Positions 1 to 9,841 are shown, counted from the first letter of the stretch. The stretch: DNA of 64,000 nucleotides from Solirubrobacteraceae bacterium (GCA_036267075.1 DATAWT010000042.1:4529-68528); one strand, 5' to 3'. Numbers and translations: made by a program. Notes: generated from the sequence alone by a model not told the origin.

Positions 1-677
1 TTCGCCAGAGCCAGGTCGTGGGTGATGAAGAGGACCGCGAGGCCTCGCTCGCGGCGCAGGCGATCCAGGAGCCGCACGATGCCCGCCTGGGTGGTGACAT
101 CCAGAGCCGTCGTCGCCTCGTCGGCCAGCAGCACCGCCGGCTCGACCGAGAGCGCGCCGGCGATCATGACGCGCTGGAGCATGCCGCCCGACATCTCGCC
201 GGGGTATTGGTGAATCCGGCGTTCGGGCTGGTCGATGCCGACGGTGTCGAGCAACTCGATCGCGCGGACCCTTGCCTCACCGCGACTGAGGCCCCGGTGC
301 ACGCGGAGTCCCTCAGTCAGGTGGTCCTCCACCCGCCACAGAGGGTCGATGAACGCCCGGGGATCCTGAAAGATCATGCCGATCGACGGCTGCACCTCGC
401 GACGGCGACGACGGCTCATCGCCAGCAGGTTCTCGCCACCCAGCAGCACCTCACCGGACACGGCGGCGCCCGGAGGTAGCGCGTCGGCGATCGTGCGCGC
501 CGTCATCGACTTGCCGCTGCCGGACTCGCCGACCAGCCCGACGATCTCACCAGCCCCCACTTCGAGGTCGATCTCGATCACAACGGGACGCAATTGCGAG
601 CCGACGCGGAGCGACGTGCTCACCCGCCTGAGCGCCAGCCTGACATCCCGGGGAGCCTGGAACTCGGAAACGGTCAT
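1..677 (-). CDS. ABC transporter ATP-binding protein, oligopeptide/dipeptide (DppD/OppD) type; 3' end lies outside the window
   Basis: My reverse-strand translation from the ATG at 675-677 reads MTVSEFQ...GEIVGLVGESGSGKS (Walker A)...YPGEMSGGMLQRV (ABC signature)...LLADEATTALD (Walker B)...LFITHDL. It has an ATGA overlap with the stop of the upstream permease. It is absent from the ORF track because it is open at the window edge. Confidence 0.9.
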   Translation of the reverse strand, partial: MTVSEFQAPRDVRLALRRVSTSLRVGSQLRPVVIEIDLEVGAGEIVGLVGESGSGKSMTARTIADALPPGAAVSGEVLLGGENLLAMSRRRRREVQPSIGMIFQDPRAFIDPLWRVEDHLTEGLRVHRGLSRGEARVRAIELLDTVGIDQPERRIHQYPGEMSGGMLQRVMIAGALSVEPAVLLADEATTALDVTTQAGIVRLLDRLRRERGLAVLFITHDLALA

Positions 678-1573
678 CGGCGCTCCTCGCGTGCGCGGTT
701 GTACTCGAGCGTCCAGTCGGCCACGAAGTTCAGGGGAACGACCAGCAGAACGATCGCGAGCGCCGGAAAGATCACGCCCGTGGCTGATTGGAAGACGCCC
801 TGATTCGCGTTCTCGAGCATCGTGCCCCAGTCGATCTGCGGCGGTTGCGCACCCAGCCCGAGAAACGACAGCGCAGCAAGGTCCAGCAGCGCGTAAGCGA
901 AATACAGCGTCGTCTGGCTCACGAGGATGCGTCCGATGTTCGGGGCCACGTGCAGCACGAGGATCCGCCAGGAGCCGTAGCCCTGCAGGCGACATGCTTC
1001 GACGTAGGGCTTCTGCCGCTCGACCAGACAGGCGGATCGCACCACGCGCCCCATCAGCGGGATGTAGGTGACCGTGACGGCGAACACCGCGGAGTAGAAG
1101 CTCGTCCCGAACGTCGCGACGATCACGATTGCGAGCAGCAATGCCGGAAACGCGAAGATCAGGTCGAAGACGCGCGATACCCCGATGTCGGTCCATCCTC
1201 CGCTGTACGCAGCTGCGAAGCCGAGCGGCACCCCCACCGCGAACGCGATCAGGATGACGATCGTCGGGCCCAGCAGTGAGAGCCGCCCTCCGTACAGGAT
1301 CCTGGAGAGGATGTCGCGTCCGGCGCTGTCCTGGCCGAAGAGGTGTGCCGCGCCCGGTCCCGCGTATGGGTTCAGCAGGTCCGGGGTGTTCGGGTTGTAG
1401 GGCGCGAGGAGCGGCGCGAGGATCGCGGCCGCCACGATCACGACGAGCAGCGCGATGCTGACGCCGACGACGACCTTCGGGAGTCCGCGCAGCAGCCTGC
1501 TTCCGTAGCGCCTGTGGCGCAGGTCCTCGGTGGGTTCCAACAGCACATCGAGCGTGGGATCGCTCGTCGTCAT
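674..1573 (-). CDS. ABC transporter permease, DppC/OppC type
   Basis: Track ORF 674..1615. It is a multi-pass hydrophobic protein with the binding-protein-dependent transport signature region (VERQKPYVEACRLQGYGSWRILVLHVAPN). I chose the start at internal M15 (MTTSDP) because it gives an ATGA overlap with the upstream permease stop at 1570. Confidence 0.85.
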   Translation of the reverse strand: MTTSDPTLDVLLEPTEDLRHRRYGSRLLRGLPKVVVGVSIALLVVIVAAAILAPLLAPYNPNTPDLLNPYAGPGAAHLFGQDSAGRDILSRILYGGRLSLLGPTIVILIAFAVGVPLGFAAAYSGGWTDIGVSRVFDLIFAFPALLLAIVIVATFGTSFYSAVFAVTVTYIPLMGRVVRSACLVERQKPYVEACRLQGYGSWRILVLHVAPNIGRILVSQTTLYFAYALLDLAALSFLGLGAQPPQIDWGTMLENANQGVFQSATGVIFPALAIVLLVVPLNFVADWTLEYNRAREERR

Positions 1574-2526
1574 GTCCTGCCTCCGGCGAGCCTCACGCGC
1601 GGATCGATCAGGCAATAGAGAAGGTCTACGACCAGGCTTATGAAGAGGAACTCGAACGTGACGATCAGCGCGATCGCCTGGACGACGGCGTAGTCCTTCC
1701 CCTGCACCGACTGGACGAGCAGCGTGCCGATCCCGTTGAGGCCAAAGGCGTACTCGATGACGATGGCGCCGCTGAGCAGATAGCCGACCTGCGCCCCGAT
1801 GATCGTGACCACCGGGATCATCGACCCGCGGAGCGCGTGCTTGACGACGACGCGTCGGCGCGTGAAGCCGCGGACCTTGGCGCCGAAGACGTGGTCGCTT
1901 TCCAGTTCGCCGATCACCGCCGACCGCGTGATCCTGCTCACGAGCGCCAACGAGGACAGCGCCAGCGCCAGCGCCGGGAGCGTGAGATGGTCGAGCCTCG
2001 TGAACAGACTGCCGGTGTCGCCACCTCCCTCCGCCGGGAACCAGGCAAGATCGACGCCGAAGACGACGGCGAAGACAACTCCGGTCACGTACGTCGGAAT
2101 CGCGGTGAAGGTCAGTGATCCGAGCGTCGCGGCCAGGTCAAACGGACCGTTGCGAACCACGCCGCTCAGCACGCCAATCGCGACGCCGAAGATGGACATC
2201 AGCACCACGGCGTATCCGGTCAGCAGCAGCGTGACGCCGATCCGCGGCGCGAGCACCGAGGTGACCGACGAATGGGCCGCGATCGATTGTCCGAAATCGC
2301 CGTGCAGCAGGTGCCCGAGCCAGATCACGTACTGATCCGGTAGGGAGTGATTGAGCCCGTAGCGGGCGTTGAAGTACTTGAGGGTGGCCGCGTTCGGTGC
2401 GTGCCCACCGTTCAGAAGCGTCGCCGGATTTCCCGGCCCGACGTGCAACAGCAGGAACACGATCAATGTCGACGCGAACAGAACGCCGACGGTCGTGGAG
2501 AGCCGGATGCCCAGGTATCTCAGCAT
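1570..2526 (-). CDS. ABC transporter permease, DppB/OppB type
   Basis: C-terminal 318 aa of track ORF 1570..3294, starting MLRYLGIRLSTTVGVLFAS. This is the typical DppB N-terminus and membrane topology. The upstream part of the long ORF is Arg/Gly-rich read-through antisense to nothing coding. Confidence 0.85.
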   Translation of the reverse strand: MLRYLGIRLSTTVGVLFASTLIVFLLLHVGPGNPATLLNGGHAPNAATLKYFNARYGLNHSLPDQYVIWLGHLLHGDFGQSIAAHSSVTSVLAPRIGVTLLLTGYAVVLMSIFGVAIGVLSGVVRNGPFDLAATLGSLTFTAIPTYVTGVVFAVVFGVDLAWFPAEGGGDTGSLFTRLDHLTLPALALALSSLALVSRITRSAVIGELESDHVFGAKVRGFTRRRVVVKHALRGSMIPVVTIIGAQVGYLLSGAIVIEYAFGLNGIGTLLVQSVQGKDYAVVQAIALIVTFEFLFISLVVDLLYCLIDPRVRLAGGRT

Positions 2527-3563
2527 GCGGCTGGCTGCGCCGGCGTCGCAGCGGTCTGCTGAGGCGCGACCGTGATCTTCCCTGCTCCCGGGAAGCTGTC
2601 GCGGTCCATCGCCGCGGGAAGATCCTCGAGGCCGAGCCGATGCGTGATCACGCCATCCAGGAGCACTCGGCGGCTGGCCAGCAGGTCGATCGCGCGCTGG
2701 TGCGTATGCGGATTGTTCAGTGAGCCGACGATCCGAAGCTCGTCTTCGTTGACCCTGAAGGGACTCACTTGGAGGCGCTCCTGTTCGGGATAGACGCCGA
2801 AGAGGACCACCGTTCCTCCGCGTCGCACGAGCCCGATCGCCCACTCCGCGGTCTGCGTCCGGCCACTTGCCTCGATGACGACATCCGCTGCCGGGTCGCG
2901 CAGCTCGCTCAGCACGGCAACCGCCTCGTCGGGGCCGCAGGTGAGATCGGCACCCGCCGCGACGGCGTGAGCGCGCCGTGCCGGCTCCGGCTCGACGGCG
3001 AGGATCGTTCCCGCTCCCTGGATGCGCGCGAGCTGGATCAGCAGACAGCCGATCGGTCCAGCCCCGAGCACCGCGACCAGATCGCCGAGCCCGATTCGTG
3101 CCTGGTCGATTCCGCGCACGCAGCAGGCCAGTGGCTCCACGAGCGACCCATCCTCGACCGAGACACTGTCCGGCAGCCGGTAGGCGTTGCTCGCCGGCAC
3201 GGCGGCGAACTCCGCGAAGCCTCCGTTGCGAGTGATGCCGAGCGGCGAGAGTCCAGAGCAGAGGTTGGTCTCGCCCCGCCGACAGAAGAAGCACGTGCCA
3301 TCGACGACGTTCGGGTCCGCGGCCACCCGGTCTCCCAGCGACAGCCCTGTCACGTCTGAGCCGACCTCGACGACGACGCCGCTGAACTCATGACCGAGCA
3401 CAACGGGCCATGCGGCGGGGGCCTCGCCCCTGAAGATGGCTCGATCGGTACCGCATATTCCGCACGTGGCGACCCCAACGATCACCTCGTCTGGGGCGCA
3501 CGCGGGTTCCGGCAGCTGCACATGCTCGAATGCGCCCGGCTGCGTGAGGAGCGCGGCTCTCAC
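2520..3563 (-). CDS. Zn-dependent medium-chain alcohol/polyol dehydrogenase (sorbitol/threonine dehydrogenase-like)
   Basis: Contains CGICGTD, GHEFSGVV, the structural-zinc Cys cluster CFFCRRGETNLC and the GAGPIG Rossmann motif. Confidence 0.88.
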   Translation of the reverse strand: MRAALLTQPGAFEHVQLPEPACAPDEVIVGVATCGICGTDRAIFRGEAPAAWPVVLGHEFSGVVVEVGSDVTGLSLGDRVAADPNVVDGTCFFCRRGETNLCSGLSPLGITRNGGFAEFAAVPASNAYRLPDSVSVEDGSLVEPLACCVRGIDQARIGLGDLVAVLGAGPIGCLLIQLARIQGAGTILAVEPEPARRAHAVAAGADLTCGPDEAVAVLSELRDPAADVVIEASGRTQTAEWAIGLVRRGGTVVLFGVYPEQERLQVSPFRVNEDELRIVGSLNNPHTHQRAIDLLASRRVLLDGVITHRLGLEDLPAAMDRDSFPGAGKITVAPQQTAATPAQPAAC

Positions 3564-4426
3564 GGCTGGGTCTTCGCCGGCTCCAGCAGATTCGCGGTAC
3601 GACCGGTCTCCATGCCGGCCGCGGCCGGCATGTCATGCCGGCGCCTGAGGACGCTGAAGGTGAACATCTCACCAAGGTGGTAGTCGCGAGCAGCCAGCAC
3701 ACAGCGGCCGTCCCGGGTCACGCAGCGCTCGTTCACGTAGAGCCACGGACCACGGGGAAGCGCGCCGTCTGCCAGCTCGTCCTCGGGCTGTGGTCGGTCC
3801 ACCGCCTGGATGTGCGCAGAGGAGGCGATGATCACCTGGCCGCAGCGGTCCAGCAGATCGACCACCGACCCGCTCCAGTCGATCTCGGCGACGTCTCGGT
3901 CGAGCACGGAGGCATCGATGATGTTCACGGAATAGATGACGGTCTTCCCGTCGCACTCTCGCAGCCGGCGGGTTTCGACGACCCTCGCCGATCCCCGCAG
4001 TCCCAGCACCGCCCGCTCCGGCTCGGTTGCCTTGCGTTGGGTCACGCTCAGCACCACGGTCGAGACGTCGCGGCCGAGCGCGCGCATCATGCTGGTGAGG
4101 CTCTCGAACTGAGTGATCGGGCGTTCAGGCTCGAGCTCCGTGGTGACCGAAACGAAGCGGCCCTTGCCGGGACGCACCTCGACTATGCCCTCCTGCTCAA
4201 GCAGCTTCATCGCCTCGCGGATCGTCGAGCGGCTGACACCCAGCCGATCGGCGAGCACAAACTCATTGGGCAGCCTCGCGCCGACCGTCAGGCCCTCCGC
4301 GTGGAGAGCTTCGACAATCGCGTCGCGCGTCTGCTGGGGCAGCAGGTGCCGCTCGCCCGGCCCACCGGATCTGGCAGCGCGGCCGAGACCGTTGCCGCCC
4401 GGTTGCTTGATCATTCGGGTCGCCAT
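3560..4426 (-). CDS. GntR-family (HutC/UTRA-type) transcriptional regulator
   Basis: N-terminal winged HTH LPNEFVLADRLGVSRSTIREAMKLLEQEGIVEVRPGKGRFV followed by a UTRA-like C-terminal domain. Start taken at M17 (MATRMIK), just after the SDR stop at 4434. Confidence 0.85.
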   Translation of the reverse strand: MATRMIKQPGGNGLGRAARSGGPGERHLLPQQTRDAIVEALHAEGLTVGARLPNEFVLADRLGVSRSTIREAMKLLEQEGIVEVRPGKGRFVSVTTELEPERPITQFESLTSMMRALGRDVSTVVLSVTQRKATEPERAVLGLRGSARVVETRRLRECDGKTVIYSVNIIDASVLDRDVAEIDWSGSVVDLLDRCGQVIIASSAHIQAVDRPQPEDELADGALPRGPWLYVNERCVTRDGRCVLAARDYHLGEMFTFSVLRRRHDMPAAAGMETGRTANLLEPAKTQP

Positions 4427-4433
4427 CGTCAGA

Positions 4434-5189
4434 TCAGTCCATGTAGCCGCCGCCGTTGATGGCGACGCTCTCACCCGTCATCGAGGCTGCGCTGTCGCTG
4501 GCCAGAAAGAGGATCAGCGCGGCGACCTCGTGCGGCGTCTGGTCGCGTCGCTGCGGCGTGTCGGCCCGGTGATTGGCGATCACCTGCTCGCGCGTGAGCC
4601 CGAGCAGCTCCCCCTCCCAGCCGATCTCTCGGTCCTGCATTCCGGTGTCCACGTAGCCGGGGCAGACGCTGTTGACCCGGATGTCCTGTGACGCCAGTTC
4701 GCAGGCCATGGCCTGCGTCAGGCCCACGACGCCGAATTTCGACGCGATGTAATGGGCCAGGAGCGGCACTCCGCCCCGTTTACCGGCCATCGAGGCAACG
4801 TTGACGATCGCGCCACCGCCGCCCTGGCTGATCATCTGCCGCGCTGCGACCTGCCCACCGATCAGGACCCCACGAAGGTTCACGTCGAGGTTCCAGTCGA
4901 TCTCCTCATCGGTCAGATCAAGGAAGTGCGCCATCGTCGAGACGCCGGCCGACGATACCCAGACCTTGAGCGGGCCGAGGTCTCGAACGGCCTGCGTACA
5001 CCCTTGCTCGATCGAGGCCCGGCTGCGGACATCCACCTCATAGGCGGCAGCACCTTCAAGCGAGCTTGCGACGCCTCGCGCAGCCTCAAGATCGACGTCA
5101 GCCACGGCCACCGAGTGGCCGGCGGCGGCGAACGCCCTGGCGGTCGCGGCGCCAATGCCCGCTCCGGCGCCGGTAATCATCGTCGTCAA
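4434..5189 (-). CDS. Short-chain dehydrogenase/reductase (SDR)
   Basis: TGAGAGIG cofactor motif, NVASMAG, and the catalytic YxxxK (YIASK). Confidence 0.88.
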   Translation of the reverse strand: MTTMITGAGAGIGAATARAFAAAGHSVAVADVDLEAARGVASSLEGAAAYEVDVRSRASIEQGCTQAVRDLGPLKVWVSSAGVSTMAHFLDLTDEEIDWNLDVNLRGVLIGGQVAARQMISQGGGGAIVNVASMAGKRGGVPLLAHYIASKFGVVGLTQAMACELASQDIRVNSVCPGYVDTGMQDREIGWEGELLGLTREQVIANHRADTPQRRDQTPHEVAALILFLASDSAASMTGESVAINGGGYMD

Positions 5190-5299
5190 CGCTTTCTGCC
5201 TTTCGTCGGTGCCAGCGTCAGCTTCGGCTCGGCGGAGGCTCTGCGGACGCGCTTTCGCCCGCAGAGCCCCAGGACGCTATAGCCGCGTCCCGACCGAGA

Positions 5300-7009
5300 T
5301 CAACCGAAGGAAACCTGATCAGGGAAGTCCTGATAGACGAACACCTGCGTCTGCGTGTACCCGTGCAGGTTTGAGGGCTGCACCATGACCAGCGGATCCG
5401 AATACATCGGGATGTACACGTTGTCCTTGGTCACCTGCTTCATCAGCGCGATGGTCGCATTGACCTGCGCCGTGCTCCCGTTCTTCGTGGCTGCCCATGC
5501 TGCCCGCAGCTTGTTGAACGTCGGCGAGAAGTAGCAGGAGACGTCCGAGTAGACGCTGGCCAACGGCGGCACGAGCTCCGCGGACGGTGCCGGGAAGTCG
5601 GGGTTCCACCAGTTGGTCAGAGCGTCAACTGTTCGCGGGCACTTGCCGCTGTAGCTCACGTTGCCGAACGCGGCCGGGGTGAGCTTGTCCATCTTTACGT
5701 TCAGCCCGATCGAGCTGCCGACCTGCTGAAGCTCCGCTCCGACGGTGTCCGAGGTGAGCGACTGCTCGATCGCGATGTTCACCGCCTCGCCCTTGGCGTG
5801 AGCCTGTGCGATGAGCTGCTTGGCCTTCGCCAGATTCGGGCTGTTCGGAATGCCGAGGCCGTTGTAGGCGGACATGTACTGGGACTGGTGATCAGTGAAC
5901 AGCGCGGGCGTCTCGACGAGATCCAGCGGACGACCGTACTTGCCGTCAACCGCCGTCGCCAGGGCGGAACGTGGGATGGCGAGGTTGAACGCCTCCCTGA
6001 CCAGCGGGTTCTTGAACGGCCCCTTCTCGACGTTGGGGCTCAGGTAGTTGGTATCACCGGCGTAGGGGACGTAGTTGATCTTCAGCGAGGAGTCGCCGGC
6101 GAGAGTCAGTGCGTCGCGGGCCGGCAGGTCGAACGTCCCATTGATCGAGCCACTGCGGAGCCCGGCGATGAGCGCCTCAGCGTCGTTCACCGTGGAGAAT
6201 GTGATCGACTTGATCTTCGGCTGGTGCGCCTTGTCCCAGTAGTTCGGGACGGCTTGAAGGACGGTCTTTGCTCCCTTGACGTATGAGACCGGCCGGAAGG
6301 GGCCGCTGCACATCGTCTTGGCCGGCGTGGTTCCGAAGGCGAGCCCGTACTTCTCGACAGCGCTCTTCTCGACGACCTGTCCGATCGGCGTCGCGGGCAG
6401 ATCCTGGGCGATCGGGTTCGGCTTGGTCAGATGCACCACGACCTGCCACTTCCCATTGGCGGTGGCGTTCTTGACGTCGCCGGTCTGAAGCAGGCTCAGC
6501 AGCGGCGAGGCGAGCTTGGCGCTGGCGATGCGATTCATGGAATACGCCGCATCCGCCGCCGTAACGGGATTGCCGTCCCAGAACTTCGCGTTGTGGACGA
6601 GGTTGTAGACGAAGGTCGTCGGGCTCGTCTGCTTCCAGCTCGACGCGAGTTCAGGCGCCAGTTGACCCTGCGAGTTGAACTGCAGCAGGGAGTTGCACAT
6701 CGAGGCAGTGACGATGTTGGGGTCGATCGCGTAGACGTCGCCCGGATCCAGAGATGGATCGATCGACGTGATGCCCCAGTTGAGACTTGACGAACTGGCA
6801 GCTGTAGCCGTCGAATGGCCACTGGCCGAGCTGCTGACGGCCGTGACCCCTATGACCGCGGCGACCGCGAGCAATGCAGTCGCACGGGCGATCTTCGAGT
6901 TTGCGCGCACCAACGGAACCTCTCTTCCCTCGTTTGTTTCCCTCCAGCGGGCCGCTCCAAGTTCCGGCCACCGGTTGTCTGACATCGGACCGGTATGGTT
7001 GTCTGACAT
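5300..7009 (-). CDS. ABC transporter substrate-binding protein, family 5 (peptide/nickel/opine type)
   Basis: 569-aa ORF with an N-terminal signal-like stretch (KIARATALLAVAAVIGVTAVSSSASG) and family-5 SBP-like sequence throughout. It is the first gene of the minus-strand operon. The start is ambiguous among M1 (7009), M9 (6985) and a downstream GTG because of a 24-bp duplication. Confidence 0.8.
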   Translation of the reverse strand: MSDNHTGPMSDNRWPELGAARWRETNEGREVPLVRANSKIARATALLAVAAVIGVTAVSSSASGHSTATAASSSSLNWGITSIDPSLDPGDVYAIDPNIVTASMCNSLLQFNSQGQLAPELASSWKQTSPTTFVYNLVHNAKFWDGNPVTAADAAYSMNRIASAKLASPLLSLLQTGDVKNATANGKWQVVVHLTKPNPIAQDLPATPIGQVVEKSAVEKYGLAFGTTPAKTMCSGPFRPVSYVKGAKTVLQAVPNYWDKAHQPKIKSITFSTVNDAEALIAGLRSGSINGTFDLPARDALTLAGDSSLKINYVPYAGDTNYLSPNVEKGPFKNPLVREAFNLAIPRSALATAVDGKYGRPLDLVETPALFTDHQSQYMSAYNGLGIPNSPNLAKAKQLIAQAHAKGEAVNIAIEQSLTSDTVGAELQQVGSSIGLNVKMDKLTPAAFGNVSYSGKCPRTVDALTNWWNPDFPAPSAELVPPLASVYSDVSCYFSPTFNKLRAAWAATKNGSTAQVNATIALMKQVTKDNVYIPMYSDPLVMVQPSNLHGYTQTQVFVYQDFPDQVSFG

Positions 7010-7011
7010 CG
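6973..7011. repeat. 24-bp-period tandem duplication across the SBP start region
   Basis: ggttgtctgacatcg occurs at 6973-6987 and again at 6997-7011. On the minus strand this gives MSDNHTGP-MSDNR with two in-frame ATGs. Confidence 0.7.
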
Positions 7012-7400
7012 TACAGCCTTAGGAAGACCAACGTCAAACTGCCTTGACGACGCCGGACCGCTCGCCTAGCGCAGCACCGCACGAGCCACGCTGGCCAGCG
7101 CGACATCCGGCGTGACGGGCAGTCCGCCTGCGCTCGGGGATGCCGACCCTCGGCATCGCCTCGATCTACCCTCAGGGCATCGACAACGCCGAGATCATCA
7201 CCACCGTCTACGACCGACCCGCGCCCATGATCCCCGCCAGGGCCGGGCTCGTCAGCTCCAGCTGATCGCGGGCGAAAGCGAGCGACGGGGCTCGGCCGAG
7301 CGGGGATGGCGCGCGCATCCTGGCGAAGGACCTCCCGTAGTGCCTCGGTCTAGTAGTGCCTCCGCCTAGCTCGCGAGTAACCGCAAACGCGTGATCGTCC

Positions 7401-7850
7401 TCAATCGTTGCGGGGGTCGTCGCTCGGGTTGACGTACTCCATACCAAGCGGTCCGATCGCTGTTATCTGCGAGACGTACTCTCCGGATTTCGCCCAGTGA
7501 AAGTGCGGAGTCCCGCCGGGCAAGACGATCACACTTCCGGGCGGATAGGCCGTCAGTTCCTCGCCGTCGAACTCACGCCCTATGCCGATATAGAAGACAC
7601 CGGAGATGACCGTGTAGACGCGATCCTCTGGGTGCGTGTGCGGCATGAGCTTCACATCCGACGGGACCTTGACTCTGGTCACATACGGTCCTGGCTCCGC
7701 CGGACGCCCCACGACGACCGCAAGTTGTGCGCCAGCTGGGAATGCTGCGAACGGCCCCCATTCGACCTCCTCGGGCAGGACCGACCTGAAGACCGCCGCG
7801 TCCGACTCCGCGACTCGGTGGCCGGCCTCGCTGCTTGCATCGGTACCCAT
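7401..7850 (-). CDS. Cupin-domain protein
   Basis: Cupin motifs HTHPEDRVYTVISG ... PGGTPHFH. Start taken at M31 (MGTDASS) of track ORF 7401..7940. Confidence 0.75.
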   Translation of the reverse strand: MGTDASSEAGHRVAESDAAVFRSVLPEEVEWGPFAAFPAGAQLAVVVGRPAEPGPYVTRVKVPSDVKLMPHTHPEDRVYTVISGVFYIGIGREFDGEELTAYPPGSVIVLPGGTPHFHWAKSGEYVSQITAIGPLGMEYVNPSDDPRND

Positions 7851-7972
7851 TGGGCCCCTCTTTCGAGTCGGGGTTGGCGGTTGCGGTGAGGCTAGCGCGT
7901 CGCAAGATCCCCGCCTCCATTGGCGCCGCTGGTCCATCACGGAAGCTGTGTAACCCTCGCGGCATCGCGAAA

Positions 7973-9031
7973 TTAGCTGTCGGGCGCGCCCCGAGGAGCA
8001 CCTGGCGGCGGCAGCGTCCGCACACGCCCCTCAGCGTCGACTGAAGCGACAAGCTGCTCGACCGCGTCCCCAGCAGCGCCGAGGAGCATGGACGTGTCGT
8101 CGCCCTGCCCCTGTCCCAGCACCACGCCGACGGCCGTCTGCTCGCGCCCGGCGACGGTCACATTGGTGAAAAACGCCAGGCAGCCTCCAGCCGCGGAGTC
8201 CGACCCGGTCTTCCCGGCGTAGCCCGCAACGATCAGCGGGTCATAGTTGGTGAGTGTGCCGGCGACCGGCAGCGTCACGCTCGGCATCGAGACGATCTGG
8301 CGGAAGACCGCAAAGCGCATCGCCCGCTGGAACACGCGCAACTGGTCGGCGGCGGTGGAGACGGTGCTCGGATCGAACCCGCTGGGATCGGTGTAGATCG
8401 TGTGGTCCATTCCGAGCGCGCGCGCCTCGGCGTTCATCTCGGCGAGGAAGCGGGCTTCGCTGCCCGCGACCATGCCGGCGAGGATTTCGGCGATGTTGTT
8501 GCCGGAGGGGATCAACAGCGCCTCGAGCAGCTGGCGTTCGGTCAGCTGCTCGCCAGGCTGTACCGGCACCCGCGACTGGTTTTGCGCGGCGTCCTGCGCG
8601 GCGTCCTGCGCCTGGTCCTCGGTGACCGTCATCGTGAACCCTGCCTGCGTGACGCTCAGCGGGTAGCGCTCGAGCGTCAGGTAGGCGGTCATCACCTTCG
8701 CCACGCTCGCGATCGGGACCGGCACTTCGTGCGGGCTCGCCGCCGGCCGGCCGCCGCCGAGCACAAGCGCCGCCTGCCCCTGCTGCGGCCACGTAACCGC
8801 CTGCCGGGAGGTGCCGGGGGCGCGGTTGATGCTGGACGTCAGTGTGCGAATGGCCGTGCGGTTGGTGGTTGGTGTGCGCGCCTTCCCGTCCAGCAGGTGG
8901 GGGAGCGCCGCCAGCGCCGCGACGGCGAGAAGTAGCGCCAGGACCGTGCCGAGCAGCGTGCGGCGGCGCCGGCGGTACACGGTGATCCGGGTGCCGCGAG
9001 CGGCTGTCCGTGCCGGTTGCCTGAAGGGCAT
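7973..9031 (-). CDS. D-alanyl-D-alanine carboxypeptidase (serine peptidase S11 / PBP5-like)
   Basis: All three penicillin-binding motifs are present: SVAK (SxxK), SGNN (SxN) and KTGS (KTG). There is an N-terminal TM/signal stretch (LLGTVLALLLAVAALAAL). Start at M152 (MPFRQP) of track ORF 7973..9484. Confidence 0.85.
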   Translation of the reverse strand: MPFRQPARTAARGTRITVYRRRRRTLLGTVLALLLAVAALAALPHLLDGKARTPTTNRTAIRTLTSSINRAPGTSRQAVTWPQQGQAALVLGGGRPAASPHEVPVPIASVAKVMTAYLTLERYPLSVTQAGFTMTVTEDQAQDAAQDAAQNQSRVPVQPGEQLTERQLLEALLIPSGNNIAEILAGMVAGSEARFLAEMNAEARALGMDHTIYTDPSGFDPSTVSTAADQLRVFQRAMRFAVFRQIVSMPSVTLPVAGTLTNYDPLIVAGYAGKTGSDSAAGGCLAFFTNVTVAGREQTAVGVVLGQGQGDDTSMLLGAAGDAVEQLVASVDAEGRVRTLPPPGAPRGAPDS

Positions 9032-9118
9032 GCCCCCAGTCAAGGGCGCGGGACGTTGCCAGCGCGTATGCCGTTTTCGATACGCCGGCGATACGTAGCG
9101 GCTGCGATCATCGAGAGC

Positions 9119-9793
9119 TTGCGTGTGTTGATCGTCGAGGACGAGCCCTACATGGCCGAAGCGGTCCGCGACGGTCTGCGCCTCGAAGCGATCGCGGCAG
9201 ACATTGCCGGTGACGGCGACACCGCCTTGGAGCTGTTGGGCGTCAACGCCTACGACATCGCGATTCTCGACCGCGACATTCCTGGTCCGTCCGGTGACGA
9301 GATCGCCGAACGCATCGTCGCTTCCGGCAGCGGCATGCCGATTCTCATGCTCACCGCGGCCGACGGACTTGACGACAAAGCGTCCGGGTTTGGAATCGGT
9401 GCCGACGACTACCTCGCGAAGCCGTTTGAGCTCCAGGAGCTCGTGCTTCGCCTCAGAGCACTCGACCGTAGGCGTGCGCACCACAGGCCGCCCGTGCGAG
9501 AGCTCGCGGGTCTGCGGTTGGATCCGTTCCGCCGCGAGGTCTACCGCGACGGCCGCTACGTCGCGCTGACCCGCAAGCAGTTCGCCGTGCTCGAAGTTCT
9601 TCTCGCCGCCGAAGGTGGTGTCGTCAGTGCCGAGGAATTACTGAAACAGGCGTGGGATCGGCACGCAGATCCGTTCACCAACGCGGTGCGCATCACAGTC
9701 TCGGCGCTGCGCAAACGGTTAGGGGACCCCGCGATCATCGCCACCGTAGCCGGCGCCGGTTATCGGATCGACGCGGAGCCGGATAGTGGGTGA
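9119..9793 (+). CDS. OmpR-family response regulator
   Basis: Receiver domain (LIVEDEP...ILDRDIPG...LMLTA...DDYLAKPF) plus a winged-helix trans_reg_C domain (LTRKQFAVLEVLL...GAGYRI). The start is TTG at 9119 or GTG at 9125. The ATG at 9017 would overlap the divergent gene. Confidence 0.88.
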   Translation: MRVLIVEDEPYMAEAVRDGLRLEAIAADIAGDGDTALELLGVNAYDIAILDRDIPGPSGDEIAERIVASGSGMPILMLTAADGLDDKASGFGIGADDYLAKPFELQELVLRLRALDRRRAHHRPPVRELAGLRLDPFRREVYRDGRYVALTRKQFAVLEVLLAAEGGVVSAEELLKQAWDRHADPFTNAVRITVSALRKRLGDPAIIATVAGAGYRIDAEPDSG

Positions 9794-9841
9794 GCGCCGC
9801 GTGACCTTCACCGTTTCCCGAGGCAGCGACCGGATCTGACG

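Noticed and set aside
7010-7400. A 390-nt gap upstream of the SBP operon. It contains a small hairpin (gatgccga-ccc-tcggcatc, about 7139-7157), a direct repeat tagtgcctc x2 (about 7337-7365) and a 41-codon ORF (MPTLGIASIYPQG...).
   Set aside because: I recognise no family for the short ORF and no RNA motif. The elements are short enough to arise by chance in GC-rich DNA. The region most likely holds promoter and operator sequences for the GntR-regulated operon, but I cannot define them.
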